A stretch of DNA of 64,000 nt from Octopus vulgaris (taxonomy: Eukaryota). The notes under the pieces are model-generated. The model was not told the DNA's origin. It ran no database searches and saw only the letters and a list, made by a program, of their open reading frames with translations. Location: the NCBI GenBank assembly GCA_951406725.2, contig OX597816.1, positions 3,782,001-3,846,000 on the forward strand, in the 5' to 3' direction. Positions 26,223-40,769 of this stretch are shown here, piece by piece (within the stretch, counting starts at the first letter, position 1; each line of letters opens with the position of its first letter). The position numbers and the translations under genes were made by a program.

Positions 26223-27941
26223 CATATTATTGTAAAATAATTGCTTTACTAATATAATGGAATTTCTTGAACTATATAAATAAGTGGCAACCGCAATTTC
26301 TTCAAAGAGTACAATATTTTCTGTGACCCTCTGAGAATATCATATAAACATAGAAGGGGACAATGATAACATTTGAAGTTTGTTGCGAGACAAAGGAGTA
26401 ATTTATTAGAAAATGTGTCGAGTCATTTATTCATTAACGTGAATAGCAAAAAAGCGACCTTTTCTTCCCATCAGAACACAGCCAACACGTAGCTAACTGC
26501 TAAATTGGTGAAAATGGCGTTTCCATGAAAAGTCTTCAGAATACAATACCATATTCGTAAAGGATTCTCATGAGAAAAAGGACCAGTTCCTTTGCTTCCA
26601 GTTATTTCTCCCTTGTGTCTTCGACCAGCAATTGTTTGAACGAAAAAAGAAAGAACGAGAAATCGGTGAAGTGCCCTATAAAATCACCAGCTTCAAATCT
26701 ATCTATCTATCTACCTACCTATCTATCTCTGTCTATCTGCATCCCTCTCTTTCTCTCTCTCTCCACAAACACACACACACACACACACATGAAAGACTTT
26801 CTTCAATTGAAAATTATCAATTATATAAAAGTCTTAAAAACCAAACAAATAACGCAAACCTTTTGGCAGCAAGTTTTCATATTATGCAAAATGCTTTCGC
26901 TATATGCAGCTTTTCTAACACATGTACTAGAAAATATATATATATGTGTTTGTGGAATGTCTATACGTGTGTGTGTCTTCGGGATGTTCGAAGCACTGCA
27001 TAAAATTAAAATTAAACAAAAGCTGTAGATAAAGTTACTTGCTTGTGTTCCTTCATTTGTTTAACTTCTTTCTAAAGAAGCCACTTTGAATATTTTCTAT
27101 GTCAAGAGAACTTGACAGGTTTTAGTGTTTATCAAGGTTTTATCAGAGATCAGTTATCGTTTCTCACAGAGATTCTAGACACCTATACACATTCTAAAGA
27201 ATTATAATTTAGAATTGCTCCCTTGAATTACACACACACACACACACATTCTCAAGTGATACCAAAATTAGTATTTTCGGTAAGTTTCGCATCTGATCTC
27301 ATTTACAAACATCATTAAACATCCGTTAGTATTGACCAAAACAATAGCACAATACCATAAAAGTTTGGTCACAAGCACACCACCAACTTGTCACGAGAAT
27401 AGACCTAACTGGATTAATTGATAAATCTAGAATGACGAAGTAAATCAAAAACACTTGCCCTCATATAAAGATTAAGCTATGTAGGGACAGACAACAAACA
27501 GCAGCAGACAACTAACAAATGCAAAAAGGAAAATGAATAAATGTAGGCACGTGACCTTACAAACGCTTATAAATATGGTAGCAAAACTGAGTTGTAGCAG
27601 CAAGTCAGAAGATAATAATTCAGCTTCAAAACAACTATTTGTTAAGTATAAATCGTTACCGATACAAACAAGCGGTTGAAATATAGAAGAAATAAATGGA
27701 GATGAAAATGCACAGAAAATATACGAAGATTTATTGAAATACACATACACTTACTTAACTAGTTTTTTTTAATGTGTGTATATAGGCGCAGGCGTGGCTG
27801 TGTGGTAAGAAGCTTGTTTCCCAACCATATAGTTCCGGGTTCAGTCCTACTGCGTGGCACCTTGGGCAAGTGTCTTCTATAGCCTCGGGCCGACCAAAGC
27901 CTTGTGAGTGGATTTGGTAGATGGAAACTGAAAGAAGCCCG

Positions 27942-27983
<42 letters not shown>

Positions 27984-28391
27984 GTAATCGTGTGTCTGTG
28001 TTTGAGGAACAAATGCCTACATACCGAAGTATAGACAGATAATTATTTCAGTTGTAAAAACTATTAACTGCACCCGACTGAGAATATATTGAGTCCCAAG
28101 GCAGTTTTTAGGAGCACACGCTTCGCCAATTGTACTGCACTTAATAGACTCCAGATCCACGCTAACAGCAGGTTCCGAGTAAAGTAAATAATAAACAAAT
28201 AACAACAAATGCATTATGGTTTATTCACTACACCTGTTTCCAACGAGTTTGTTTTTTTAATTGTGTAATAGAGATATTACAGCATGCGAAAAAAAACCCC
28301 CAAAAAACAACGTTTTCGTCAATATACATAAATTACACATTTTATAAAAAAATTCCAAAAGTCAGTTTGTTCAAGTGTTCTCTCACATGTA

Positions 28392-28630
28392 CTGGAAGTG
28401 ATCAAAAGTTTGGAACATTGATCTGAAGATTAGAGTTTCCAGATTAAATGTCCAAAGTTATGTTTGATTTGTAATATATAATTACTTAACCAAAAGTTTG
28501 GAACATAAGTTTGGAAATTAGAATTGTTCTATTAAATGCACTAAATATATACTTTTGTATATATTTGGGTCGAATTGTACTTGGGCAATTTCGATTCTTT
28601 TAAAAAGTTCCAAAATTTTGGCCACGACTC
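28392..28630. mobile_element. Possible Tc1-like MITE remnant
   Basis: caaaagtttggaac occurs twice and an inverted gttccaaaattttggccacgactc is followed by TA. Confidence 0.4.
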
Positions 28631-29018
28631 TATGGATGCATTCCATTGATAATAGGGAGATAAATGGAAAATGCATCTCTTGTAGAATTTGAACTCATGA
28701 CATGAAAGAATATAAATAAATTCTGCAATGCATGAACTCCAGCACACCCCGTTTATTTCGATAGCTTCTATTATTAAAGCGTAAGCTGTTAGACAAAATA
28801 TATCCATTATCTTACAGGAGGTCGGACGCTTTTGACTCAAGCGTAACAACGCGGTTCGTGTGGTTACATATATAAACGCATTATGTGTGTGTTTATGTGA
28901 GCGTATGTGTTTGTGTATATACATACATATATACATACACATTATCAGTTTAAGATATTGATAATTCTTGTATTTGTTTCATTTTACGAGTATTTTGAGA
29001 AACATAGCCCCCCCACCA

Positions 29019-29056
<38 letters not shown>

Positions 29057-29190
29057 ATACAGAGATCCACTGCCAATGTAAACACAGAAACAAATGGAGA
29101 GATTGTGTGCAATAGATTAATAAAGGAGACCACCAACGCTCGCTCCGAGTAAAAAAGAAAACACTTGCTTCCATCTCAGAAGCTATACAA

Positions 29191-29234
<44 letters not shown>

Positions 29235-29292
29235 ATAAAAACGGTAAGATAACAAAAGAAAGAAAGATACTTCGATATTATGTAAATAGAGG

Positions 29293-29343
<51 letters not shown>

Positions 29344-29899
29344 TTGTGTGTATTAATTTCGCATTAATCTGTTTACCTTTGTTGCTGTGTGTATACAAAT
29401 TATTGGATTTATGATAAGGAGAGGTTCTTTGCTGACCCATCCATGTTGCTTATTTCGAGAGGAAGATTAAATGAATGAGTGAGTGAGGGAGGGAGGGAGC
29501 AAGCGAGTGAAAGAGAGGAAGATATAGGGAGAGTAATGGGCTTCGTCCTTTGAACTTCAGAGAGCAGAGTGGCAGTCCGACCCATAGAGGTCAACCGTTG
29601 CATTTCGCTCCGATGTCCTCACAGAAAAGGCAAGCTATTCTGTTCGACGCACTAACAACTTTATTCTTTTCTCAATTCGCCGATGTTTATAAAACAAATT
29701 TACAGTTAATTACAAACACACTAAGCTGTTATAATGAGAATAAACTCATATACATAAAGACCTTTGCTGTGTAAAATATCTGAGGAGAGAAATACTCCTT
29801 ATAAACTCTGTGAGAGAAAATGCACTTTTGTGCTAATGAGTGACGTCATCAGACCTTAGGACACGTGTTTCCGCATCGTTACGCTTTGTGAACGGCAGG

Positions 29900-30180
29900 C
29901 AATGCACCGTTGTCAATGTTACGCACGAGAAAAATGGACAAAGCGAGATCTGGGGGACACCAGAAATGATTGACAGTTCACTAGAAAGAGAACCATTGAC
30001 ATTGGCCGCCATGGTGCGATCAGATATAAAGCTTGCGACCCGGATGATGAGACAAAGGTGGAGCAAGGTTTCAAGCGAAACTACCGAAATTTCCAATAAC
30101 TCTGCTGGATATGAGACGGTTCGGCACAGCCTTTCTGGCGCCGCCTGTTTGTTTTCGCTGATTCGACAAATCATGTTATA
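29900..30180 (-). mobile_element. LINE reverse transcriptase remnant (CR1/L2/Jockey-like)
   Basis: SFISDRTMAANVNGSLSSELSIISGVPQ matches the motif before GVPQGS. A weaker YADD-region remnant may lie at about 31800-32090(-). Confidence 0.75.
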
Positions 30181-30794
30181 ACATTTCCATCGTCTCTGCC
30201 CCCCCCCGTTTCCTCTCTTCATCACCCTCTTTGTGTTCGTGTGTAAGCATATTTCTCTTTATGCATTTGGGGAGAGGAAAAGTACTAGCGTTCATCCTAT
30301 ACACTTGAAAAATTGTAATGTCTCTCTCCCTCTCTATATTTCTCCGTGCATGTGTCTACTTGCCCTCAGTGCCAAAAAGTACTTTTGCCCAAACAGGCTG
30401 AACGTCCTTCACAATTCAAACTGAAACCAACCGTCTCATTCTGAACTCCGATGGTCTTCCACTGAACGGGTTTCACAGTACACAGCAACATCTCGTCTCT
30501 ATATATAATGTTACAACATTACTTCGCCGTCCCTATTCTCACACGCAAGTAAGAGAGAAACCAGTGGGTTGAAGCACAAATTGATTTTAAAATGAATCAT
30601 ATTAAACGACCATAAAAAAGTTGTATGTGCTTTTGGAAAGCTTCCACAAGGAATATGGATCAGGCATTTCTCAATTCATGGAAAATTAATATTTATGATG
30701 AAATCACCTCCGTTTTATTTACTTCCCAACCCCTGTCTGTTATCTTCGGCTTCTACAACTCAATATTTACAGTCTAAATTCATTTTTTATGAGA

Positions 30795-30830
<36 letters not shown>

Positions 30831-32302
30831 GTATGTATGCATGAATATATGTAAAGAAGGCTTGTCAAATTTTGATGGATTTGTATTATTTTTTGCGCAG
30901 CAGTTAGAGTGTGTGAAAGGTAAAGATTATTCTTTTCCCGTTTGTTTACGGAAAGATTAAGTCGATATAAAAACAAAAGTGAATATCGAATTACACGACT
31001 AATATACTAATTCAGTGGATCGAAAACGTCGTCTAATCAGTATTTTGAATATAATAAAATAAGTTGATATCAGAATGCAACGTTAGACACGGACTTCTGG
31101 AATTTGCTGCTGTCAAGATCACGAAGATTGCACAAACAACTAAGAACCATAAAAGCATTCACTCCCATACAGACATCCTCAACCGCACAAACACATCCTC
31201 AGCCACACAGACAGACATTAGAAAACGTAAACTGTGGCAGAGTATCTTTCAAACGATGATTTTATTGAATATTTTATTGTATATTGAAATAGAAGAATAT
31301 TTGTACTTTAACCAGAATGTACTTTAAGGAATCAAATCTATTAATGATGCACTTTTTAATCAGATTCTTAAATGAGAATGTGAATTTGCAGCTGTATAAA
31401 TGATATGAATATTTTATTCAAATTTATTTGATATTTAATTGAAAAGGTCAGTAAAATTAAAAAGTGTACTGAATCTAAATCTGTTGACTATTGTCTCGAA
31501 ATGAGAAACAAGACTGAATATGCATCATATTGGTTTCAAATTTGGCACGTTCCCAGCAACTTCGGGAGTAGGGAGTAAATTGATTAAATCGACCCCACTA
31601 TGCAGCTGGTACTTATTTTATCAACCCCCACCAAGTATTAAAAGCAAAGTCGACCACAGCGAAATTTAATCTCAGAACATAAAGACAGACGAAATGGCGC
31701 TAAATATGTTGCCCAGCGTGAAAGTGATTCTGCCGGCTCGCCAGATTCACATACGAGAATGGAAGGAAACAATGATTATAATTTCAAAGTCGGATATTAG
31801 GATCATGAGTAGATTCCAGAACAACAAATCTTAAATTAATGGAAATACACATTAATGTGGTAAATATTAATAACTTTGCCATAGAGAAACCTGATCCAAC
31901 AATATATTCAATCAACATTTTGAGATGGAAAGAGGATATTTTGTCTACATTAGAGGGACGGCTGATGTCCCATATTGTGATGTTCCATATGGCGCTGTTT
32001 GTTCCTATAAGGGATTGGAATTTGAGGAAGATTAGCTGTTGTATTCGGCGTATGAAGGTAACTACATCGAAGCCTTCCAGCTGACTGAAAGTAAACACAG
32101 TAAGACAATTCAGTGAATATGAACAAGCGATGTTTAGTTAACTAGCTTTGCACTCTTAGCACAACTGAGCAACCGGCTGTCGAAATGGTGGACAAGAGAC
32201 AAAATAATTATGAAACAAAACGATACTGTACCATTATGGCTTCAGAGAGTAAACTAAAAGGAATAGAATAAACACATGGTCATGCGTATATATGCGTGTA
32301 TA

Positions 32303-33557
32303 CAGGGTGTGTAAGGCATTTGAAGGCAGATTTATGTTTATAAAAAATATATATAATAACAGTAACTTCATCAAAAAATGCAATGAGGATAAAAATAAAC
32401 CTTCTTTTCTATAATGTTATTCAATAAAGCCACCTTCAGCTTCAACAACTGCTTTTATATGAGATTTAAATCATCTACATGCTCGAATCAATTAGTCCCT
32501 GGTTCATTTTGGACATTACTCTGACTATGGCAGCTTTCAAAGAATCTTTGGTGTTATGGGCGTGTTTATTGACTTCTCTCACAACAACGCTCCACATGTA
32601 ATAACAGTCTAATGGATTTAGGTCTGGGGAATTAGGAGGCCAAATGTTAGGGGTTATGCGATCATAAAATTTTTCAGTCATCCATTCCTGTGTTACTGGA
32701 GCCATGCGTGATAGTGCAGAGTCTTACTGAATTACACATGACCTTCCATTGCATGCACCTCAGTGTAGGTGGTTAAGTTAACTCTAAGGCCTCGTGGAAA
32801 GAAGTACGGAAGCATCACATGCGCTTCATGGCTGATAACACCTAAAACCATAACAGTTGCAGGAAATTTTGTATGCATAACAGTTGGAACTTCAGAAGGG
32901 TCTGCACATAACCATCTGCGATTTGTCTGTTAAAGTTTTGATCTTGGTCGAAGTTTTTCTCATTTGAGAAAAAACAAATCAAATCTTCTTCTGTTGGATG
33001 TTTCAGTTTCTTTAAGAGACTTTTAAATCAGTTATGTCAACCAGAAACGCCAACTCGCATTTCCACTTTTCATTTGCTTTTTCTGACAAATTGACCTTTC
33101 CTCATCAGATAAGACTAATATCTGATGTCTTTTGTGGACAACATTTCTGACTGTTCCTTCTGACACATGGAGATCTTTTGCAATTGACCTCATGGACTTT
33201 CTGGGATTGTAATCAATGGTCTGTTGAACTTGCTGGATAAATTCAGGTGTTCTGAGCGTTTTCAGCTGTTCAGAGCGTTGAGAATGATTTTTATGCTTTG
33301 ATACTGGTGATAAATTTCCATCTTCAGTCTCTAGCTCCTTACAAACTTTGTAGACGAAAGATCTGGCAACTTTTAAAAATCGAAATATTTCTAAATCGCT
33401 AAGCTCAGCCTTTACAACCACAATAATAGCATGTCTCTTCATTTCTTGATTAAGCTGAGGTCTGCCATTATTATTTTCTGAAAGAAAGATTATACAGATT
33501 TGGCAAAAAATGCAGCAATGACCCAAAACAGTTATGTCGTCAAATACCTTACGCACC

Positions 33558-33560
<3 letters not shown>
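32303..33560 (-). mobile_element. Full-length decayed Tc1/mariner, DD37D (maT) type
   Basis: 26-bp TIRs (21/26 match), TA flanks, HTH region in ORF 33032-33556, FSNEKNFDQDQ, and Q*DSA...WPPNSPDLNPLD with 37 residues between the last two Asp. Confidence 0.92.
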
Positions 33561-33596
<36 letters not shown>

Positions 33597-33669
33597 ATAT
33601 TAGGGAATAAATCTAAACTTACAGGGAAAAATCAGATTTAGGATTGAATCCAATTTGATAGTAAAATAT

Positions 33670-33938
33670 TATATCATATTAAATTAGAGATAAAACCACT
33701 ATTAGGCAAGCCATACAATGAAAAACTTAAGCCAATACATAGGATTATTTAATTTATATTATTTTAAATATATATCAAAATTATTAAAAAAGATAATTAG
33801 TAATTACTAATTATCTTTTTTTAATAATTTTGATATATATTTAAAATAATATAAATTAAATAATCTTATGCATTGGCTTAAGTTTTTCATTGTATGACTT
33901 GCCTAATAGTGGTTTTATCTCTAATTTAATATGATATA
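33670..33938. repeat. Near-perfect spacerless palindrome (~134-bp arms)
   Basis: Centre agtaa|ttact at 33803/33804, few mismatches, embedded in (TA)n; same family at 59205-59315. Confidence 0.92.
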
Positions 33939-34030
33939 TATATATATATATGTATATATATGTATATATATTATTAGTGAATGGAAGAAATCGAGTTGAA
34001 CGAAGATTGTACAGAATTCCTTTTATTACA

Positions 34031-34110
34031 TTCTACACATGTTTCAAAGGCCACAAATTTCCAAATTCTGATTAAATAAGGGTACCATATTGTGGCTTTC
34101 TCTTCAGGAA
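34031..34110 (-). ncRNA. Hammerhead motif with long stem II
   Basis: TTC CTGAAGA G AAAGCCACAA...TTGTGGCCTTT GAAA CATGTG TA GAA, in a (TA)n-flanked insert at about 33971-34226. Confidence 0.6.
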
Positions 34111-34232
34111 AAAACAGGAATTCCGTTGACAGAACAAAACAAAACAGCTGTGATTTTTGCTACCCAGGTTTCGGTTAAACTTTTGAATAATCTGTAACAA
34201 GAAAATTCATCTTTCTATTTCAACAAATATAT

Positions 34233-34272
<40 letters not shown>

Positions 34273-34629
34273 GCTACAACAACATTTTATTTAGAGGTAC
34301 CCAAGGTTTCGCACTGCTCTATTCTTTAGAGTGTGCTTCTATTTAGAATGTGTTTTCCATTAACTATATGTATGTATGTATGTGTGCGTGTGTGTGTGTG
34401 TTAATCTTTATTCTTATGCTTAGTTGTACTAAAAATAATTTCACATTAATCTGAGCGATTTCGCCATATTTTTGTAGAGTACACGATGATTAGACTCAAC
34501 CAAGAATATTGTTGACAATAACTTCCAAGTGTCTGTCACTTAAACTATCGTCAGATTGTAGTCCAACGTCAGATTAATTGGCCATCATTTATATGTACAC
34601 ACATACACAGACACATATATATATATATT

Positions 34630-34785
34630 CTTTTTTCTCCCCTTGTTGTTTTCTGTGTTCCTTTCTTTAGAAGAGCGTAGGCTCGAAACGTAAAAGACTT
34701 TTTCAATTCCTGAGCGTTATACTAATACATCTGTTTTGTACACCACCTGTCTTCGTCGTTTGTCTTTTTCGTAAACTCTCCCTAT
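34630..34785 (+). mobile_element. Penelope-type 3' fragment with mutated hammerhead
   Basis: CTTT CTTTAGA A GAGC GTAG GCTC GAAA CGTA AAAG (34661-34696); homologous to 62290-62450(-). Confidence 0.65.
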
Positions 34786-34844
<59 letters not shown>

Positions 34845-37800
34845 TGTACGTATTTTCATACAGCATTTATCAGGTTAGCAAGTTCAATGAAAAGTGCACA
34901 ACAAGGAAATACAGATATCTCCATAGTTCAGAAGACACAAAAGCAAATATAATAGATTTCATTCCGGCTGCAGCAACGGAAATAACTATCCATTAGAATT
35001 CTAGAATGAAAGAATATAATAAACAAACGCTCAAACAAAATGCCATGATATAATTGGATGAAGAATAAACATCAACCCAGGACTTCCTCTTTTCGGACTT
35101 TAAGTTCTCCGATTTTACTTTTATTCGTTAATTTCCTATCATTGGCTTTTGTGCACACTCACACAGAGGAATACGGATTTCCGGACGATACCTTCCAGTT
35201 TACACACGCACACTAACTCTCGATAATTCTCCTGCATTTCTATCATAAGATTTTTAATTATCTTTTAATTACACACACATACACACACACACACACATAC
35301 ACACACATACACACACACATACACACACAGAATATTGGTTTCAAATCATGGCACAAGGCCGGAAAGTTTGGGGAGGGATTATATCGACCCCAATACTCGG
35401 CTGGTACTTATTTCATCGACGCCCAAAATGATGAAAGGCAAAGATGACCTCGGCGGAATTTGAACTTAGAACGTAACGGCAGACGAAATACCTATTTCTT
35501 TACTTCCCACAAGGGGCTACACACAGAGAGGACAAACAAGGACAAGCCAACGGATTAAGTCGATTACATCGACCCCAGTGCGTAACTGGTACTTATTTAA
35601 TCGACCTCGAAAGGATGAAAGGCAAAGTCGACCTCGTCGGAATTTGAATTCAGAACGTAGCGGCAGACGAAATACGGCTACGCATTTCGCCCGGCGTGCT
35701 AACGTTTCTGCCAGCTCACCGCCTGAACCCGTACACACAATATTGCCATTCGTGTTGAACATGCATTGAACCTTTCCAAATCGTCCAACACGAAACCCTT
35801 GATACGTTTCATACCCCACTTCGATCAGAACTAATTGCAGGCCACTCAACAACAGCAACAAATAACCACTACGGTCGCAGCATTCGCAGGAAACTTGGTT
35901 GATTTTCAAAAGAAATTTGATGGCAACCAAATCAACGGTATGTAGAACAAACGAACAAAATCTTCGAATTAAGACAATCTGTGGATCTTCTAGGAAAGAT
36001 AAGAAATATTTTCAAAAGTATTAGTTTTACTCTATTTTTATTCACGTCTATTATAAATGGATCTAAATCGGAAGAAAACAAAATTTATGGACAGACAACT
36101 CCGGGTAAAATGTTGCCTTTGTTTGTGGAAAGAATCCGCAAACCTGTTTCGACTCACAAAATAATTTACGTCACATACTTGGCTAACGTCCTTGAGATAT
36201 GCCCGATCAGCAATTTTTCTCTTTCTCTAATAATGAAAAAAGCAAGATCAATATTTTATTTATCTCTTGCAGTTATCACAAATAAAGTCAATCGGTTCAT
36301 TTTCCGTAATCGATGCGATGGAAGATATTAGCATTACCTTCCGTCAAAGCTTATTGGTGATATGTCGTTCGTCAATTTTATAAAGAACGTTGTTTGTGAA
36401 ACGGTTACAATGAAGGATAGAAATTTGGAAATGGACACAGCTCACCGAAAAGGTGTTTTCTTTCTTCCCTATAGCGTTCACCTTTGCATACCTACGATCA
36501 TTCAAATTTCAGTTTCAGCTCATTTTGAAGCAATACACTCAGTTAAACATCTTTTAACATTCTCTCAATAAGTTTAACAATAGCGGATCCAATATGACAT
36601 TGTTTTCTGCTCCGAAAGAGATCAGAGTCAGTAACACAAGAGACATTTCACAAAAGCATCCAGATTTATTAATTTACTCTTTATTTTTTTGTCTTTCATT
36701 AGATATTACTGAATCAACCAGTTTTTCAGGAATTTTCATCAGATTTGCTTATCAATAATTTATGACATACAAAAAAAAACAGGTTTTGTTCTTAATGACG
36801 TATTGATGTAGACAGCGTTACTGGTGTTGCTTTTCATTGGAACAATATTGATGATGTTTCTTCTTCTGTTGTCAGTTCAGTTCATTAAGTTTTATATACT
36901 TGCGTTTATATTCAAGGCAGCTGCATTTGTTTGGCAAATAAGATGGAGGAGAGACAGAGCAGACAGAATGATGAATGTGGGAGAGACGAGGCAGTTTTCG
37001 TGTTTAACCAAGCAAAGCTATTTACAAACAATGACATTATTACTGATAGCTTTAAGTACAGTGACGAGACGAACTAAAGTGTCTACTAGTGTTTCCTTTG
37101 GTCCCTGTTCAAAATCTGTCGCGGTTGGCCCTTTCTTTTATCTTTCCAAGGTCAATAAAACCAAGAAAAGCCATCCCCTGCCAATGTCCAAACTTGATAC
37201 AATATAAGCGATTATATCATTAATTGATTGATCTGAGTAACTTAGCTCCACCAAGCCAGCAGTAATCAAGTTCGATGTTACATTGTTCTGTAGTCAAATC
37301 CTACCCGGATCGAATTGTTAATTCGTCCTTCGTCGAACAATACGAGTACCCCTAATATGAGAACCGCTACAAAACCCTATACCAGTCTCATTAACAAAGT
37401 CCCTGCGTGAAAACGCAAAAGCAATATCGTGAGAAATGGATAACAAGAGATAAATTCTTAGGAACCTACGCCCGCAATGTGGATTTGAAATTGAAACAAT
37501 GAAAGTATTTCAGTTTGCTTCTGTTATAAATGTGTAAATGTCACGGAATATAATTTCCATTCGTTTACAATCCAAGGGCTTTGTCCTTGCCGAAAATAAA
37601 ACCAGTAATAACAGGGTTCCATTTTATGGGCATTACCTTGAAAATCTATTTTATATTTATATCTAAACAAGGCGGCGAGCTGGCAGAAACGTTAGCACGC
37701 CGAGCGAAATGCGTAGCCGTATTTCGTCTGCCGTTACGTTCTGAGTTCAAATTCCGCCGAGGTCAACTTTGCCTTCCATCCTTTCGGGGTCGATAAATTA

Positions 37801-38739
37801 AGTACCAGTTACGCACTGGGATCGATATGATCGACTTAATCCGTTTGTCTGTCCTTGTTTGTCCCGTCTGTGTTTAGCTCCTTGTGGGTAGTAAAGAAAT
37901 ATATATATTTATATCTAAACGATAATGAAACAAAAGACTCCACAGAATGAGACGAACAAGTAACCCACTGTTAACATTATAGGCCGACATTATTTTAAGC
38001 CCTTCCCACTGAGCCACGCAGATCAATTGCATAGCGTTCTTCGTGTAACTATTGCCGTCTTTTCGTTTACTCTATAAAACTTCCAGTAAATTGCGAACTA
38101 AGAAAAATTTCGTTGAACGGAAAAGAACAAAACGAAGACCAAATCAAACCCGTTTTCTCTTTTGCTTCTGAATTTATAGAAAAACTACCGTTCACATTCC
38201 TGAGGATGTGGATGCCACAATCATTTTATCAGCCTCATAATCTTGCAAATTCGACAAAGTCACTGTGGTATACGATAATCCTATTGTATGATAATCTCCA
38301 CAGTACTGAGATAAGCCCAATATAACCTTGGTTGAGTCCTTGAGATACATTAAAAACAATTGTAGAAATATCAGAATTTTGGGGAGTGTATTTGTGGGAT
38401 CTGGTAAACAAGAAACCTCGAATAATCGTATTTCTTCGTTGTCTGTGGAGTTTCTTGTGTCTGAGGCAAATCTAAATCAATTTTACATACATTAGCTAAC
38501 AGAATGCACCTTATAGAAGTAGCCCCGGTTCCGTTGCATGATGTAAATACAGAAATGAATTTTGCAGGCACAAAAACGCCCCCAGTCTTTTGCATGCGAG
38601 TGTCATTGTCCCGTTTCGACCGCTTGTAAACGCTCAGCAAAGATGGCGCACCAGTCGATGTTTGCTACGTCAACCTTACCACGTTCGTTGATTGTAAGAC
38701 TGATCGAGTGAACATCTCTAACCTCTTCTGCACGTTGAC

Positions 38740-39030
38740 GTACTCCTTAATAGCAAAAAGGGTGGAAACTGGAAGAGTTTGAGAGAACGGGTTCTATGAA
38801 GAGGACACGTGAAAGTTTTGAAGTCAAGTTTCCAGGTAAAAGCTTCAGACAAAGAGAACGATTCAAATATCAAGGAGTGATGCACTACGGAATAAGTGCA
38901 CAATGCCCTAAACAAAGAGACCCTACAGTTCGAACGCCGGAAGTTATTCAAGACATTCACCAAAGGATTACTTGAAGACCAAAGAAGTCCACACGTAAAT
39001 TGGCGCTGCAATCTCACATATGCAGGAGGT
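38740..39030 (+). mobile_element. Tc1/mariner N-terminal HTH remnant
   Basis: Manual translation EEFERTGSMKRTRESFEVKFPGK...PTVRTPEVIQDIHQR resembles mariner-like HTH regions. Confidence 0.55.
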
Positions 39031-39878
39031 CATGCCAACGGGTGTTGAAAAGATGAAGTGTTATAATTTCACAGCAATTAAAAGTGGATGAAAAGAGCAA
39101 AAGAGTAAATTTTTGCACATAATACAGGAACTGAAAGACAATATCACGCATACAGTCACCATCATCGATGTCACTATTTTACGCCGGATGCACCTGGACA
39201 AGCTTATACGTATACAACTGTGTATTGATACCACAGGGAACTATTTTCAAAATCTATGATGGCGAGTCCTTTTCAGCACTTGTAATCTTATTTTTGTATT
39301 TAAACTACGCTACAGAACCCAGATTACTTTTCCGCGCATCAGCCTGTACAAAACAACTTTGGAATTATATCTCACCTTTTTATAGGATAATAAAACGCGT
39401 TTCGTATATAAATAGAAAATTGAAAATGCAGGTGTATAACTACGATAATTCTTTCTAATACAGGCACGAGGCCTGGAATTTTGGAAGAAGGGCCTGGTCG
39501 ATTTCATCGACCCAACTGACTGACAGGCATTTAGTTTATTCATTCCGAAAGGACGAAAAGCAAAGGTGACTTCGGTGTGATTTGAACGCAGGACGGACGA
39601 AATGCCCCTAAGCATTTTCTCTCCAGTAACAAACAATGTTTCTTTCTCAGGTTGACAGAAGGCCAGAAATTTTAGGGGAGGAAAGGCGTCGATTACTTCG
39701 TCTCCAGCACTCAAATGATACTTGTTTTGCCGACCCTGAAAGGATCAAACGCAGAGTTGACACTGGCAGTTTTTGAACTTAAAAGGTAAAGCCGGAAGTA
39801 ATGGCGCTAGGCATTTTGTCCGAGTTGCAAACGATTCTGTCTACTTGCTACCTTGATGAAAGTAATAATAATAATAAT

Positions 39879-40365
39879 CCGGCTCCTGTTGGGTTGGCGA
39901 AGGAGCCAACCCAGACTGCAGAGCTTTTACTACCCATAAGTTGAGCCTGTTCCCTTTGCATTTCTCTGTATTGGAGACCATGATCCTGATTCTCACTAGG
40001 AAATAGGTGAGCGTCAATTGGTCCCGTGTCTTCATCCAAATATTGCTCCGGAGTTAAGTCCCGATCCGTGGTTAATTCGCCTTCATCCCAAGTATAGAGC
40101 CATTGCACACTGACAGGTTGTCACCACTGTGACTAAAGAGTCCTACATACCCCAGTTTTTAAATCTGAGTGTTCCTTCTAGACAGACTGATAAACAAAGC
40201 TCACGAGGTCTGTCTAACGGTTTACGGAATGGCCATTGACTCTTAAGTTCCCAGGAGAAGTGGGGAAAAAGGCGAGTATCTGGCGCCTTCAAATAACCAG
40301 TGCTCTGGGTAGGCTGTACTCGTTAGCCTTGGGTAGCAAGCAGCCTAGGAGAAAGAACACCGAGT
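39879..40365 (+). mobile_element. Unclassified insert after (TAA)n ending in an RTE-5'UTR-like motif
   Basis: gggtaggctgtactcgttagccttgggtagcaagcagcctaggagaa resembles RTE 5' UTRs (recall only). Confidence 0.4.
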
Positions 40366-40723
40366 CCACTGAAATTTAGTGGGAGGGGGCCAGTCAATTA
40401 CATCGACCCTAGTACGCAACTGGTACTTAATTTATCGACCCCCAAAAGGATGAAAAGCAATGTCGACTTCAGCAGAATTTGAACTCAGAACGTAGCGGCA
40501 AAGGAACTACCTATTTCTTTACTACCCACAAGGGGCTAAACACAGAGGGAACAAACAAGGACAGACAAACGGATTAAGTCGATTATATCGACCCCAGTGC
40601 GTAACTGGTACTTATTTAATCGACCCCGAAAGGATGAAAGGCAAAGTCAACCTCGGCGGAATTTGAACTCGGAACGTAACGGCAGACGAAATACGGCTAA
40701 ACATTTCTGCCTACTCGCCGCCT

Positions 40724-40769
<46 letters not shown>

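Noticed and set aside
30495-30555. TATA-like element followed by a gtaaga donor (possible non-coding first exon)
   Set aside because: Such motifs are common by chance in AT-rich DNA; no supporting evidence.
30628-30690. WKASTRNMDQ as possible globin helix A exon
   Set aside because: In-frame stop just upstream, no B-helix motif and no suitable phase-2 donor.
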